Source: Chrysomallon squamiferum
Lineage: Eukaryota; Animalia; Mollusca
NCBI GenBank assembly: GCA_012295275.1
Contig: CM022667.1
Coordinates: forward strand, 10,540,001 to 10,604,000
DNA: 64,000 nucleotides
Direction of reading: 5' to 3'
Part shown: positions 1 through 12,932 of the stretch, in pieces
How the letters are laid out: the number at the start of each line of letters is the position of its first letter
Position numbering within the stretch: the first letter of the stretch is position 1
Position numbers and translations under genes: made by a program
The notes under the pieces: generated by a model
What the model saw: the letters and a program-made list of their open reading frames with translations, nothing else
Databases searched by the model: none
What the model was told of the DNA's origin: nothing

Positions 1-1743
1 GACTGAACAGTGATAACAGAATTTTTTAAAACATCCTTCAAATTAAGACACCCCGCCGAAATTCAGTCCCGTATGACAGAGCTGCCAATATAATTAATAA
101 TAAACATATTAAATAATATAAGTTTACTTTCGTGATGGCCATTTTGTCTTTCTGTTATTTTTTTCCTATTATTATTTCTCTATGTTAATATTAGTAGCAT
201 TCACTTATTAATTTATCATTATATTACTTTATTTATTAAATTACTTTTATTTTAATGATGCTGGGGTTTTTTTTGTGGGGAGGGTTGCTGCATCATATTA
301 TATACAAATTAAACTAGAAGTACTCGTTGATTTAATACGAACGAATGAAAGTGTATCGATGCGTAAAGCAGAAAAACGGTAACAGGGTACGTACGTTTTA
401 AAGCAAGTAGCATGATGCATTGTATTTCAATGGCCCGTCGCTTTCAGTATGTCCACAAACGATGATACCAAACCATTACAGTTTAGTTAATAACTGTACG
501 CCCGTCTGCAAACCTTAAAACACATTTTAAAAACAATAAGCTGTATATTTTGAATTAGATTAATGAAAACAAACCGCGAATAGGAACAGATGTTGGTAGG
601 GTCGTTACACGTCAGAAAACTGCTTCGATCACGTTGTTGTTACAGTTTATCAAAGCGTGCAGAAGACGTTGAAGAAGAAAAAAGAAAAGAAGAGAGTCGA
701 CGCCTTCTTGTACACTAAATGATCTGGTCCCTGGATATATCTCGAGCAATATACCAAAACGACACCCGTTCAAACTAGTTAAAATGTAGGCCAACTTGTA
801 ATATAACCGTGTTATTGTTATTTTACCCTTGCCGACAAATAATTATTCTGTCGCATGCGTACTGACGTATGTGTAGGGTTCCACAAATATATTTGTGAAA
901 TGAATACAAAAGTGCATTAGACTGGACATTAAACGCATTGTGGATTATTCATATTCCAAAGGATAAAAATATATTTTAAAAAAAAAAAAAAAAAAAATGC
1001 TAGTAAGTAGAATTATTTAATTTATGTATTGACTTTTTTTTTTTTTTTTTTCTTGTATTTTCTTATTTGTATTTTACTTTTAACAATTTAGTTTTTATTG
1101 AAACCTGGGGACGGTGGGCTGAACTCTAAATGGCCTCAAATCGTAGCAATGTCTCATTTTTGTTTTCCTACGTGCAAGACGTGTATTAAAAACATAAAAC
1201 GATTTACGAAACTGTTTTCTAAAGATTGTTATGTCAGAATTAATTAGTGTAATCTGGTGGTTTAAATCAGACGTAGGGCATGCAAAAGTCGATGATAAAA
1301 TTTAAGAATTTTATGTTCAAAACGTAAGTTGGCCAAAGAAAATGATTTTTGTTTGTCTGTTTGTTTTAATTTGCTGCTTTATTTTTTGCTTAATTTTATT
1401 TTATTTTAGTTCTTTATATTAAAAAAAAAGAAATGTGCTTGTTTTAAATCCATTTTATTGCATTTATTTTATTTTTTATTTTTGACTTTTTATTATATAC
1501 TGCAAACAAAGACATTTTTGTAATTCATATGTGAAAATTCATTCGGTTGTACTTCATATTCCCAGGTTTTATTCCAAGTACAAACATGTTACTAAATTCA
1601 AATTTCATATATAAAAATAAATCGAGTCGTGAAACAATTTTTTTTTTTTTTGCGTATTTTTTATAATTGCGTAACTAATATCATGGCAAAACAATATTGT
1701 CGGGTGAATTGTAGTTTTATAAAAAAATGTCTTCTTCTTTTTT

Positions 1744-1781
<38 letters not shown>

Positions 1782-3078
1782 ATTCAGTAAGAGAAATGCA
1801 TATTTATATTTGTATTTAAATTTTTATTTTTTTTTATTTTTTTTTTTTGCTTCGATTGGTTAGTACGTTTGCAGCGACGTTTGGATTTATTATTTACAGC
1901 ATAATTATATTTAAAAAATTAAAAAGTTAGACACGTTAATCACTGAATGAGCTATGATTATTTATTTATTCATTCATTTATCTTTTCATTTAGATTACTG
2001 TCTTAATTTTTCTTACTAAAATCAACTGCTTATTACTTACTAAATACCGTCAAAGTACTTTTTTGGTTGTTCCTTTCTTCTTCTTTTTTCTTTTGTTTAA
2101 ATAAATAAATATAATATAATATTGATCTTCAAACTGCAACAATGGACTTGAAAATGTTTTTCTCAGTTCCATTCATTTCTTGATAAATATCACGATAAAT
2201 ATATCTATCCACCATGGATTTTGCTTTAAGCACTAGCATCAGATACGACAGCTTGGAGGAACTTTCCTATTAATACAACCCTTTAGATAACGATAGAATT
2301 TAAGAATATCATTTTTATTCCTACACGTATAAGTTACCTGGGAAAGTTTGTCAAATAATATTAGCATTTAACTGATTATTATCATCTAAATCGTTTATTA
2401 TTGCTTTTACTTTCAACGTCTGACTTTATTTTAAAGTTAAATTATTTTAACTTATATCTGTTCGACCCTTGAGGATAAACCTACTTGTCAATTTACGTCT
2501 TGACTCGTTTTAATAATAACAATAACAACAACAACAACAACAATAATAATAAAGTAGAAACGTTTTAATAATAACAAATCGTTTTAAAATTAAATAAATA
2601 TAAAAGGAATTACATAAAAATTGCTTAAATGAAAGTTAGGAAAGCATTCTAGTATTGTTCCAAAGCTACCTCTCTTTTCATCTGTAAAACGTATATGAAA
2701 AATTTGTATAATGGCTTTCCATTTATGACCGCTATCTGTTATTTGAAAATATAAACTGTTGGCAGATGTGTAAATTAAAGGGACAGTTTTAAAAAATAAC
2801 CTTTTTGCTTTGTTCCTTTCATTTTTTTTTTTTTTTTTTTTTTTCCCCTTTCTGGCAGTTAGTTCGACTTTGCTGTCTGTGAAAGGCCAGTTGGTTTTAT
2901 TATATATATTGGGTGGTTTTGACGTTTTTATAACTTTTTACATTTCCAACAAATCTTTCGCGTTAGAAGAAATATACACGAATTTACAAATGTTTGACTG
3001 AAAATGACAAGATTTTAATGAGAAAAATATACTGCTCAAAAGACTTACATATCGAGGATAGTGAGCAGTGCCAAATAT

Positions 3079-3216
3079 GTAAGTCACAGCTCTTTGCTTC
3101 TCAGCTGTTTAATCTCTTGGTTAGCATGTTACGGATAACATATTTGTAATTAATATGACTATCATATACTATTTGCACACAACTCTCAAGTGCAGTATTT
3201 GTATTGTTTTATTTAG
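3079..3216 (+). other. Putative 5'UTR intron of the GPR158-ectodomain-like gene
   Basis: Consensus donor GTAAGT at 3079 and a pyrimidine-rich acceptor (TTTTATTTAG) ending at 3216, 110 nt upstream of the ATG. Confidence 0.45.
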
Positions 3217-3326
3217 GAAATTTAGAACAAGTTGAGGGACTCTTCTCAGGAGGGGAAAATAACAAGAAGATAGAAAGAAGAAAACGCCACTAAACCTGAA
3301 AATTTAAATAATTCGAAAGGTCAGTC

Positions 3327-4275
3327 ATGCGTCATTTATCCATCGTAATATTAGCAGTATCAATCATCTGGCTGAGGGATTCTACTTTTGGTGGAAAATA
3401 CTCCTGGCAGAAATACGATGCTTTTGACGACATCGACGACAAATTTATCGCTGTACAGAGTCACAACTGTCGGGCTAAACCTAAAAGTGAAATGGTTTTC
3501 AGAGAGGACACCGTGTCCCAAATTCCCAAATATAATCGTCTGCTCTCTCAGGTTTGGTATAAAAACCGGACCTCTCTCATACACCTGCACAACATGGCGC
3601 TCAACCGAGCTTTCTTCTACAGCTACATCTTACAGAAAATGAACGACACCTCCTCCTTCTATCTCAGTCCAAACTGGCTGTACATGTACATGTCGGTCAC
3701 CGCTGACGTCAACGCAAATCCTGACATGATCAACGGCAGCGCTATTTACTTTGATAATAACTGCAGCTATCCTAATTGGTATACGACGATTCCTCTGAAC
3801 AAAACATTGAACCTTTTCGCACCAAAAGCTTGGAGATGGGATGATTACAGTGACCAAGACAATTTTCTGAGGGAACCCACCAAGAAGGTTGTCATGGTAA
3901 CTGACATGGGCTCTGGGAGCAGTGCCAACTACACACATTCGGATTACAAGATGAATCCCTGGTATTCAAAATGGCTGCCGGATATTTCCGGTGCTGAAGA
4001 CTCCTTGACTAAGTTTCCTTACAGAATCGGCATAAAATATTCTAACGAAACTGGACGTTTTACGAGGGATGAATTTCTGAATTTCCATTTCTTTGGTCCT
4101 TCATCGCCGAGTCAAAACGAAAAAGACGAGCGTATGCTGCCAGTTCAGTTCACAAAGCCGTATTACGACTGCAGCGGCGCCAGGAAGTGGGTACTGAGCG
4201 CCGTGTCTCCTGTTGTCGACTACATGCCTCGGTACTCTAACTGGACACATCTTCGTCGTCAACGGTGAGCGAAAA

Positions 4276-4313
<38 letters not shown>

Positions 4314-5788
4314 CAGATCTTGTAAGTTCTGTAAATTCATATGGATATACGTAATTATATAACATATGCTTAATATTAGGGTTATTTTTAAAAACTGATT
4401 TGATATACTAACAAATAGCATTTCTGGTTGATAACGTAAAATATATTTAATTATCACGTTTTTCTTTTAGAATTCATGGCTGGAAAATTCATTAATATTT
4501 TGCTATTGAATTATATGTTACTCTATTGATTGTATCTTATATTTTATTATAGGTTTGTGGCTGCGATCGTTATGGACATAGACTTCAATCAAATAGATTT
4601 CAACGCGTGTGGTGTCAGTATGGGTAATCCTGGTCCCAGCTATTTGTCAGGTACTGCTAGATGCAAACCAAAAACAACAGGAGTGAGTAGATCTTTTGAA
4701 CGATCAGTTTTAAATTTATAATCACGTTCTCTAACAATGCTTATCTTTGCATTTTCAACTTTTTTTTCACCCCGTTAAATTTAAATATTTCAATATAATT
4801 ATACGTTTTACGAGCTTAAAACAATAATAAATAAATTAATAAATATAAATTAAAACAACAAAATAACTAAATAATTAACATTTGCTGGCAAGAATGATGA
4901 CATATTTGAACCCATTTACTATCCGTTTACTTGTACTACATACGCTGGATTATTTCAAAGCTGATTTCTATCTTTCAGCTATGTGTCAAATAAATACTCT
5001 CAAGTTTCAGTACGATACAGTGTTAAATAACTGCTGATATTGTACTTTTTTCCTGTCAGGCACATTTTTCTTCTCTTTCATCACTTATGTAAATTCTATA
5101 GTATAATACTTGTCATGACTTGGGTAACAATGTCTAAATGTTTAGAAATGTGTGTGAATCTTAAACAAAAATATGTATGTCCATGTTATTTTAACATGTG
5201 CGAACATCACACACACACACACTACTAGTGCCTGTACTTTACATGTGCGAACATTGTGTTGTGTGCTTACCTCTTGAATTTGTAATATATAAATACTTGA
5301 ATTTACAGCTATATAAAAAGCCGCGTTTTCTATTTCGTTTATTTATATGTATTTACAAGCTTTCGCTTTCATACTTCGATTATGTGACTACTAGTGCAAC
5401 TTTAATAAGCAGGTACGATTCACAGAACAGTGTGTTGAAAACTGCTTATTTATGTGTTCATAGATGGCTGGCTTCGAACAGATCATGATGATAAATATAT
5501 TTTTCAGACCCTGTTTACAACCACTGAAAAATGAAAGGCTTATTGTGATACATTTTAAACCCACGATTTATGTTACACATTTTATGGCTTAAAGAACAAC
5601 AGTGGTCTTGTCTGGGACTTTCATGTTCCATTTTGACATCTTTTGTAGTTGTAATACCTCTTAGTGGATAAACCATCTGTCCAAGAATAATGACAACCAT
5701 GCCGAAATAAAATCTAAGTTAGGAAACAAATATTTTTTAAAAAGTCGGTATTTGCATTTGCACTTTCAACTAACCATTTATACCATTT

Positions 5789-5864
<76 letters not shown>

Positions 5865-5934
5865 CTTCTGATATTAAACACAATGTTCTCTTTAATATCA
5901 GAAGTAATCCTTACTATAGACATACATATCCTCC

Positions 5935-5993
<59 letters not shown>

Positions 5994-6666
5994 TATGCAA
6001 GGTTTGTTCTCCTTTACTCTGAGCTTCTGACTGACTGATTTGCAGTTCTCGTATTTCCTTATGAACACAAAAACGTACAATGTTACAGACAATAAATTAC
6101 GTTTAAGACTCGGCTCTCTTCAGCATTAAAACTGTTTTCTTTTAGTGCAAGCATAAAATGGGATACGGGTTTAGACGAGGTGGTTACGTTTGTGTGTGCA
6201 AAAGTGGCTACCACTATCCAAAATGGATCGACCCTCCATTTCAAGGTGATGATATTGAGCAAGCCACAGAAGACGAATATAATAATGGATTTGAATGTCA
6301 ACGCACTGACCGTAAGTTCTTCTGCACGATAAAGCTGAAGAAAATAAACGATTTAACAATCCATATAGCAAAAATATGCAGCCAAATATAATTTACTACC
6401 AAATGATTGTGTTTATTTGTTGTTTGAACAAACAGCCTAATACATTTTTACTATGAATCTTAATTTAATAATAATTTTTGATATTTTCACATGCCCATAA
6501 TTGTCTGCACACTGATTTTCCTGTTTCATTTTGACAGCGTTTGTATTGATCAGTAATTATTATCTATTAGTTTCTGTTTTCATATATACATGGTGTTGAA
6601 TTTCTTTGTTCTTATTGTTTTTTGTTTGTTGTTGTTGATTTGTTCTTTTATGGTATTTGTTTTTTT

Positions 6667-6698
<32 letters not shown>

Positions 6699-9361
6699 TT
6701 CTGTATTACGCCTCTTAATTTTAAGGATATTAGAAACGAAGATACAAAGAGACACCCGTAGCCACAAATTATATGTGATTTAATTCAGTGCTGAGCTGGT
6801 CTTTGGAATATTTCTTTTTAACCATTTTTTTTTTCTTCTTCTTTTTTCAGAACGCATTGTTCTGCCGCAAATTGAACAACTGGAAGGCGTGACAATTGAG
6901 GGCGGTTCCAATACATTTACAAGTGGCGGTAAAGACCTGGGCAGCTTGACAACTAATTTTGTTTCTAGGAAAATACTTTCAGTGAATGTTACTGAAGAAG
7001 AGAAAGTTTCACAGTACGCAGCTCATATGTCAACGTTTCAAAAGAAAAAAGAAACTGAAGAAGTACGACCAGACAAAAACATGAAAAAGCTTGTTTCCAA
7101 ATTACGAAAAGAAAAAAGAAAAAATGTTCTACATTACACGGCCTCGTCGCCACAGGAAGAGAAAAACAAACGAAAAAATACTCCAACGTGGGCAAAATAT
7201 GCTCATGGAAAGATCAAACTTACCAGTCGAAAGACGATCAAACTTTTGAAGAAAAAGTGGCTGAGAGCTAAGAATATCACACTTCACAAACGATCGAAAC
7301 GAGCTTTCAAAGGTCCCTTTGACCAACAGGCCTTCGATTCAGTGATGCGAATTTTCCGTCACAAGGCTAGCATAACTGCTGAAAATTGTCACACGAAGCC
7401 CAAACATTTGTTATACATGGCTGGCGATGTTGGTTACGGATTTGACAAACAATTTGAAGCTGAAGGGAGAACAGCTTTAAGACTTTCTCATTTTGTCAGC
7501 AATTTCCTTCAGAATTCTTCACCAGACGAAAACTTTGGAAATCTGAGAGGAGGAGGAAGGCTGCACATGGAACATGTGATTGGAGAAGTACTAGCCAACG
7601 TCATGGCTAACCACAAAATACTTTCCAGCGGAATATTCTTCGACACTTATCAGTTTGAAAACCAAGATGGTTCGATGAGGGAATTGTTTGGCCCATTTGC
7701 TTACGAAAAGCAAGGCAGCTTTTACACTATAGATGCAGCAGGGATGACTACGCGATACACTGATGAGGACTGGTTCGTTAAAAGTAAATCAAGATGGTCG
7801 ACAAATGTAGAAGGTCTTACAACGTACAAAATGAGGCCTTTGATTAGGTCGAATCCAGCAGGACTTAGTTCTGTCCAATTTACGTACTTCCCAATGAGCT
7901 ACAAGGCTCCTGACTATAAAGACGGCTTCTGGACACGTCCCACTTTTAAATGTGATGGTCGCATAAATGAGTGGGTTATGACATATGTTGTCCCCTTCTT
8001 TGGTCTCGACCATCTTAGGAAAAGGATACAGTTTAAGTATGCTAAGTGTCCTTGCAGACCTATATTTTTCGTTATAGAAAAATCATATTATATAGAGTTA
8101 CCTTTAACAGATACTGAAAGAGGGTAGCCAACAATTGTTAATGAACAACAAAGTACAAAAACAAAGACAATTAAAATAAAATAACTAAATTATATTGATT
8201 ATCTTAAAAGCTATTGAAAAAACTGAAAATGAAATGTCTGTCTGACTTTATTACGCTAATAAAAAATAAAAAAGTAAAAGCATAATCAGTTCGTCATAAA
8301 AAAATTAATTTCTGTTCGGCTTTCCCGGTAATTATCACTGTAATAAATCTAAAGGATCGCTATATATGTTTCTATAAAATTCTAGTCATTTCTGACCAAA
8401 ATTTAAAATTGTATTTCACATTTTACTTTAAGAGGCGTCGTGACAGCTGACGTTCCTCTGGGACTCCTGGAAATTGACCAGTGTCCGGCTCCTTTTCACG
8501 TTCCAAATGCATTCAAAAATACAGCGAGATGTGACCAAATATCAACCAAGGTAAAGATATGTGGAATATACATATATCCTACAGAATTCTGTAAATTTAT
8601 GAAAAGACATTAACTTAAAATAACTCTATGTATTCAAAATATACAGACACAAGAATAATTATTATAAAAGCGGTTTTTTGGGGGGGGAATTTCTGTTCTT
8701 ATTACTGTACTAATAAATAACTAAAAATAACAAACAGAAATTTGCCGAGAGATTTTCAAAATTCAGTTTTTCCATTATTTACAGTGTCGAAAACAGAACG
8801 GTTTCCTGTTTATGCGAGGTGCTTACAGATGCGATTGTCGTCAAGGTTTCGAATACCAGCATGCAGACGGCAAGTTCTGGATCGAGGGATCTCTTTTAGA
8901 ATTGGAATGGGAAAAGAAACAGCGGGGAATTTTCAGCAGGTAAAGAAATTCAGTTATTAGTACCACAAAAAAAGGAAGAGTAATTTATTTATTTAAATTT
9001 AAGCGTTTACATAACACAGTTTAAAGCCATGATCGACCACCAAGTGAATACTAATAAATCAACGTACGTAAGAACGAACGAATTAATGAATGAATGAATG
9101 AATGAATAGATTTTTAACAAGGTTTTAAATATTATGGAGCTAAGCTGGAGAATAATTTTCTACCAGATCTTCTCTCACAATTTAGGAATGACATATTATG
9201 TGAGAAAAAAAAAATGAAAAAAATGTTTTATATTAAATATAAAAGTTTATATCCAAGAATTAGCATATTAAAAAAAGGCTTCATTGTCGTGGATAATTAC
9301 TTCTACCATAAATTTTAAGTTTTATTACATGAAATTTGCAAAAGAAAATATGATATCTTCT

Positions 9362-9397
<36 letters not shown>

Positions 9398-9940
9398 CTA
9401 TTTATATCTACGTTTGTTCATGTACCAGTGAACATAATACTTTTTCCACAATGCATATAAATTTGTCCTTAAAGAAACTCTGTATGTTAACATTTTTATG
9501 CATATATCTATTTATATTTAGATATTTACACATACACATACACACAAACACACAATTTATAGATACAAAGAGATATATACATGTATATACACATATACAT
9601 ACACTCGCACATATGCATGTATACTTACACAACACACACACACAAACACACACACATACATAATATATACGTCAGTACGTACGTACAGAAATACACATAA
9701 AATACAGCTATGTACACGTACATGCAGGTTCAAATAATACTAGCTGTAGTAATTGTAGTAATAACAGTAATAAAAATAATGATTATGATGATGTTAATAA
9801 TTATAATGTATTATTTATTTTTCAGATTTGATCTGTTAAAATGTCGTATATCGGGAACAGAAGCCGTCTCGGCACATTTAACAGTTTTGTTACAAAGTAT
9901 CTGGGTTGCCCTGACCCTGAGCTGTCTTCTGACGTGGTAG
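3327..9940 (+). CDS. Secreted or GPI-anchored protein with two tandem GPR158/GPR179-type extracellular modules (Cache-like plus EGF-like Cys-rich) and no 7TM; ~935 aa; exons 3327-4264, 4553-4682, 6146-6311, 6851-8036, 8433-8550, 8785-8939, 9826-9940
   Basis: All six introns are GT-AG with compatible phases (2,0,1,2,0,2), giving a 2808-nt continuous frame. It has an N-terminal hydrophobic signal peptide (MRHLSIVILAVSIIWL). Paired motifs typical of GPR158-family ectodomains: ALNRAFFYSYILQ / ALRLSHFVSNFLQ, FTKPYYDC / FWTRPTFKC, IDFNAC..GTARC / IDQC..NTARC, GFRRGGYVCVCKSGY / FMRGAYRCDCRQGF. It ends in a hydrophobic tail (VLLQSIWVALTLSCLLTW*). Confidence 0.85.
5792..5991. repeat. Inverted microsatellite pair: (AG)n at 5792-5860 and (CT)n at 5938-5991, in intron 2
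   Basis: Directly visible complementary dinucleotide tracts separated by about 77 nt. Confidence 0.95.
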
Positions 9941-10388
9941 TTTAAATTGCATTATTCAAGTTTACCCTACCATACAGACATAGCATAATTACTGACTCAC
10001 TATTCAGAGAAGCAAAAGAAAGAAAAAAAATGTGTACTTCATTTTCACGATAAATTACCGCTAGTAAATGTGCTTGTTATATACATCATTTGGTTTTTGA
10101 AAGCATGTAGCAACCTTTGGGTAGAATGGGGATTTTCTTTTCATTTCCCTTCTGATTCTCGCAGAGAAAATCATCGAATTAACCAGGTTTGTTTCTCACA
10201 GAAGGATTTCGACGTTTGGAAGGAATTAATTTAACACTGGCAAAATGTACAATTTCATTTAGTGATCGCTACATGAGTATCGTGTATTTGTGTGCGTTTG
10301 TGTGCATGTGTATGTTTGATTAGAAAATGTATAACAATGACATATGTATTAAACACTTTTTAATGTAGCCGTGATAAGAAATTAGTTT

Positions 10389-10394
10389 AATAAA
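10389..10394 (+). terminator. Candidate polyadenylation signal (AATAAA) of the 3327-9940 gene
   Basis: AATAAA about 450 nt after the stop codon, followed by a T-rich tract. Confidence 0.45.
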
Positions 10395-10454
10395 AGCTTT
10401 ATAAAGGAAGAATTTTTTTTCTTCTCACATTTTAATACTCATATCATTCAGTAA

Positions 10455-10514
<60 letters not shown>

Positions 10515-10853
10515 AACAAACTCATACAGTTATATCTTGTATTGTTCATACTACAATTTAACAAATGTATAAAGCATTTGGTTTTCGAAATATATCATTG
10601 TTTTAGTAAGATCCACGTCAGCAAAACAAATTTTTCACGAAATCATCGAGGGAGATTTTATCCTAAATTCTTTTTTCTTTCCTTCCCGATGGTAAGAAAA
10701 GATAATGCTATAATAATTAGGTACGTAAAAAAAAAAAAAAAAAAAAAAAAATTAAAACATTTTGTAAAAAATAAAGAAAGAAAGAAAATCAATCTCTGTA
10801 CGGAAAGCCATTTTTGAATGAACAGAATGTTTATAATCCGATATTAATTCTAT

Positions 10854-10890
<37 letters not shown>

Positions 10891-11299
10891 ATCATCTCAA
10901 CTTACTACTGATACAAACATTATTATTTTGGGCAGGGGCTAAGATGACCTGGAAAGATATAGGTCAAAAGGGAACCGTCACAGAATGCTTATAAATATTT
11001 ATAAGCAATGAAATCCCTACTGTCCTTAAACATCATTCACACAATATGCAATAAAAATAACGAAAATCCAATAACAACACCAATAACAATTATCATTACA
11101 TGTAAGAGATGTTCATTTTTCTTTTTTAACGCACTTATCCTATGAAAACTGTTGAAGAAATGCTAATAAAAATGAAATCTTTGAATGTGCACGTGGCGGA
11201 GCGAACAAATAACGTTGTAACATTTTTATATCCCGTGCGATCATTTTACATGGAGGCCAGTCTCGCAAGCGGTAACAAAAGCCAACAAATCAGTTTATG

Positions 11300-12660
11300 G
11301 TTTAGTTATTTATTTATTTATTACGGTCGTGTTCTTGCTATTTTCGTTTGTACTGTTACGATTTACGACCTCTGTTTCATGGTTTATAGTAAACAACATA
11401 TTTTCTTTTACAGAATGCCGGTATATAGTTACTTTGTGAAATGTTATCCTTTGAAACGTAAGAGTCTTTTCAAAGAAAGACGAAAACAAAGAAAAGTTAA
11501 ATAATTTTATCTCGTTTAGAAATCTAAGTTAGAAACATGGTGACATTTTCAGTGTCCATTTTAGTCCATCGTTTAATAATTGCAGTAAATGGATTCCAAA
11601 AAATAAAGGATACGTTTCTAACAAACTGCGATATGTTTTCCGACAGACAGATATGTTTCTGATGGATTTAACGACTCACAACAAAAGATTGTTTGGCTCG
11701 AATGATGATGTTTGGAAAGAACTGAGAAAAGATTCTGATACGATGCTGAAAGAACTGGTTATGGGGAACAGCCTACTAGAACGAAGCGTTCAAGTAGAGA
11801 TAGCTTATTTTTGTTTTAGAGAATTTATCACTGCATCGGCAACAAGTTATTTCTGCTACTGAGTTGGGGTAAAACATTTAATGTCGAGATCAAGACTTAA
11901 TTCAGTTTTGGAAACTTGCTGAATATCTGTCAAGGACGTCTGTTGTTATTACTATTTTTCCATTTCTTCGATTTCTGCCAGCTGATCTTTTTAAAACTAA
12001 TGTGAATAAAACAAGATTTCGACGCGATACTAACAGAATTGATGGGTCCATGCATTGAAGAACGCACGGTCCAATGCGAAGAAAATAACATCAATGATAT
12101 TTTTTAAAGAAATTAAAGAAATGAAGATGTAGGGAAAAATTGGGATAATGCAGACAAACATTAATAAAGATAATCTGCGAATCACAATGTGGAACATTTT
12201 TATTAATGGAATGGAAACAACAACGTCAACTATTCGATGGCTTTTGTTGTACTTTTTGCATTCCAGACATTCAGCATAAATGTTTTGCTGAAATTTAGAA
12301 AAAGACAGGCACCGAAAGACCTGCATGTCTTAAAGGCAAAGCTGATCATACTTACATAGAAGCAACTACTATGGAAGCATAACATGATGTGGAATACTTA
12401 CCTAATTCCAAAAGATGGAATTATTTTCCAGTCAGTGATTCTGTTCTATATTATCCAGTTGTCTGCGGTGATCCCTTTCGTGATAGGTACCACAAACCAC
12501 CCCGCGGTTTATTTCTCTTGGTAAAAAAGTTTGAATTTGTAAAACCAGGTGGGCGTATTATATCAGATTTGAAGCCTATTTTTGGAATTGCCCAAACATC
12601 ACAATCATATCGTATTAAAGTAGTTTTAAGAAACCAAAACCGAACAAACCAAGTAACTCA
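11300..12660 (+). pseudogene. Degraded cytochrome P450 (CYP2 clan-like) pseudogene with multiple stops, frameshifts and deletions
   Basis: Translating across frames gives P450 landmarks in the correct order: signal-anchor-like GLVIYLFITVVFLLFSFVLL (~11300-11360), KHGDIFSVHF (~11533), C-helix SNDDVWKELRK (WxxxR, 11713), MGNSLLERSVQVEIAY, FPFLRFLPADLFK (~11958), IEERTVQCEENNIND, I-helix NGMETTTSTIRWLLLYFLH (12205-12261), PDIQHKCFAEI, K-helix TYIEATTMEA*, YLIPKDGIIF / DSVLYYPVVCGDPF, and C-terminal KKFEFVKP..DLKPIFGIAQTSQSYRIKVVLR. No intact FxxGxRxCxG heme motif. Confidence 0.85.
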
Positions 12661-12932
12661 TGTAGATACTGATTTAATATTCATACTAATTTAATGATAT
12701 ATGGTACTAAAGGATTCTTATGTTTGGTAAGATTATTAATACGAAGTGGTTTGCACCTCTACTGGGCTATCCGCTCAGCATTTCCCCTTATCCTATTTAT
12801 TTTTTCCTTGAATGTATTATTGTATGTTTGGCATTGATTAGTGTTATTATTATTATTGTTGATGTTGTTGTTGTCGTCGTTATTATTTATTTATTTTTAC
12901 GTTTCCGTTGTTCGCTCCCCCGGTCTATTATC

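Noticed and set aside
300-900. CpG-richer segment and 60-aa minus-strand ORF (612-794) as a possible first exon of a leftward gene
   Set aside because: No recognisable protein motif or convincing start/donor combination; cannot be supported without sequence to the left of the window.
8037-8127. C-terminal extension of the 412-aa ORF (YAKCPCRPIFF...)
   Set aside because: This is intron read-through; the donor at 8037 splices in frame to the homologous exon at 8433.
8742-8960. 72-aa ORF from the track
   Set aside because: Wrong frame; the real exon 8785-8939 reads CRKQNGFLFMRGAYRCDC in another frame.
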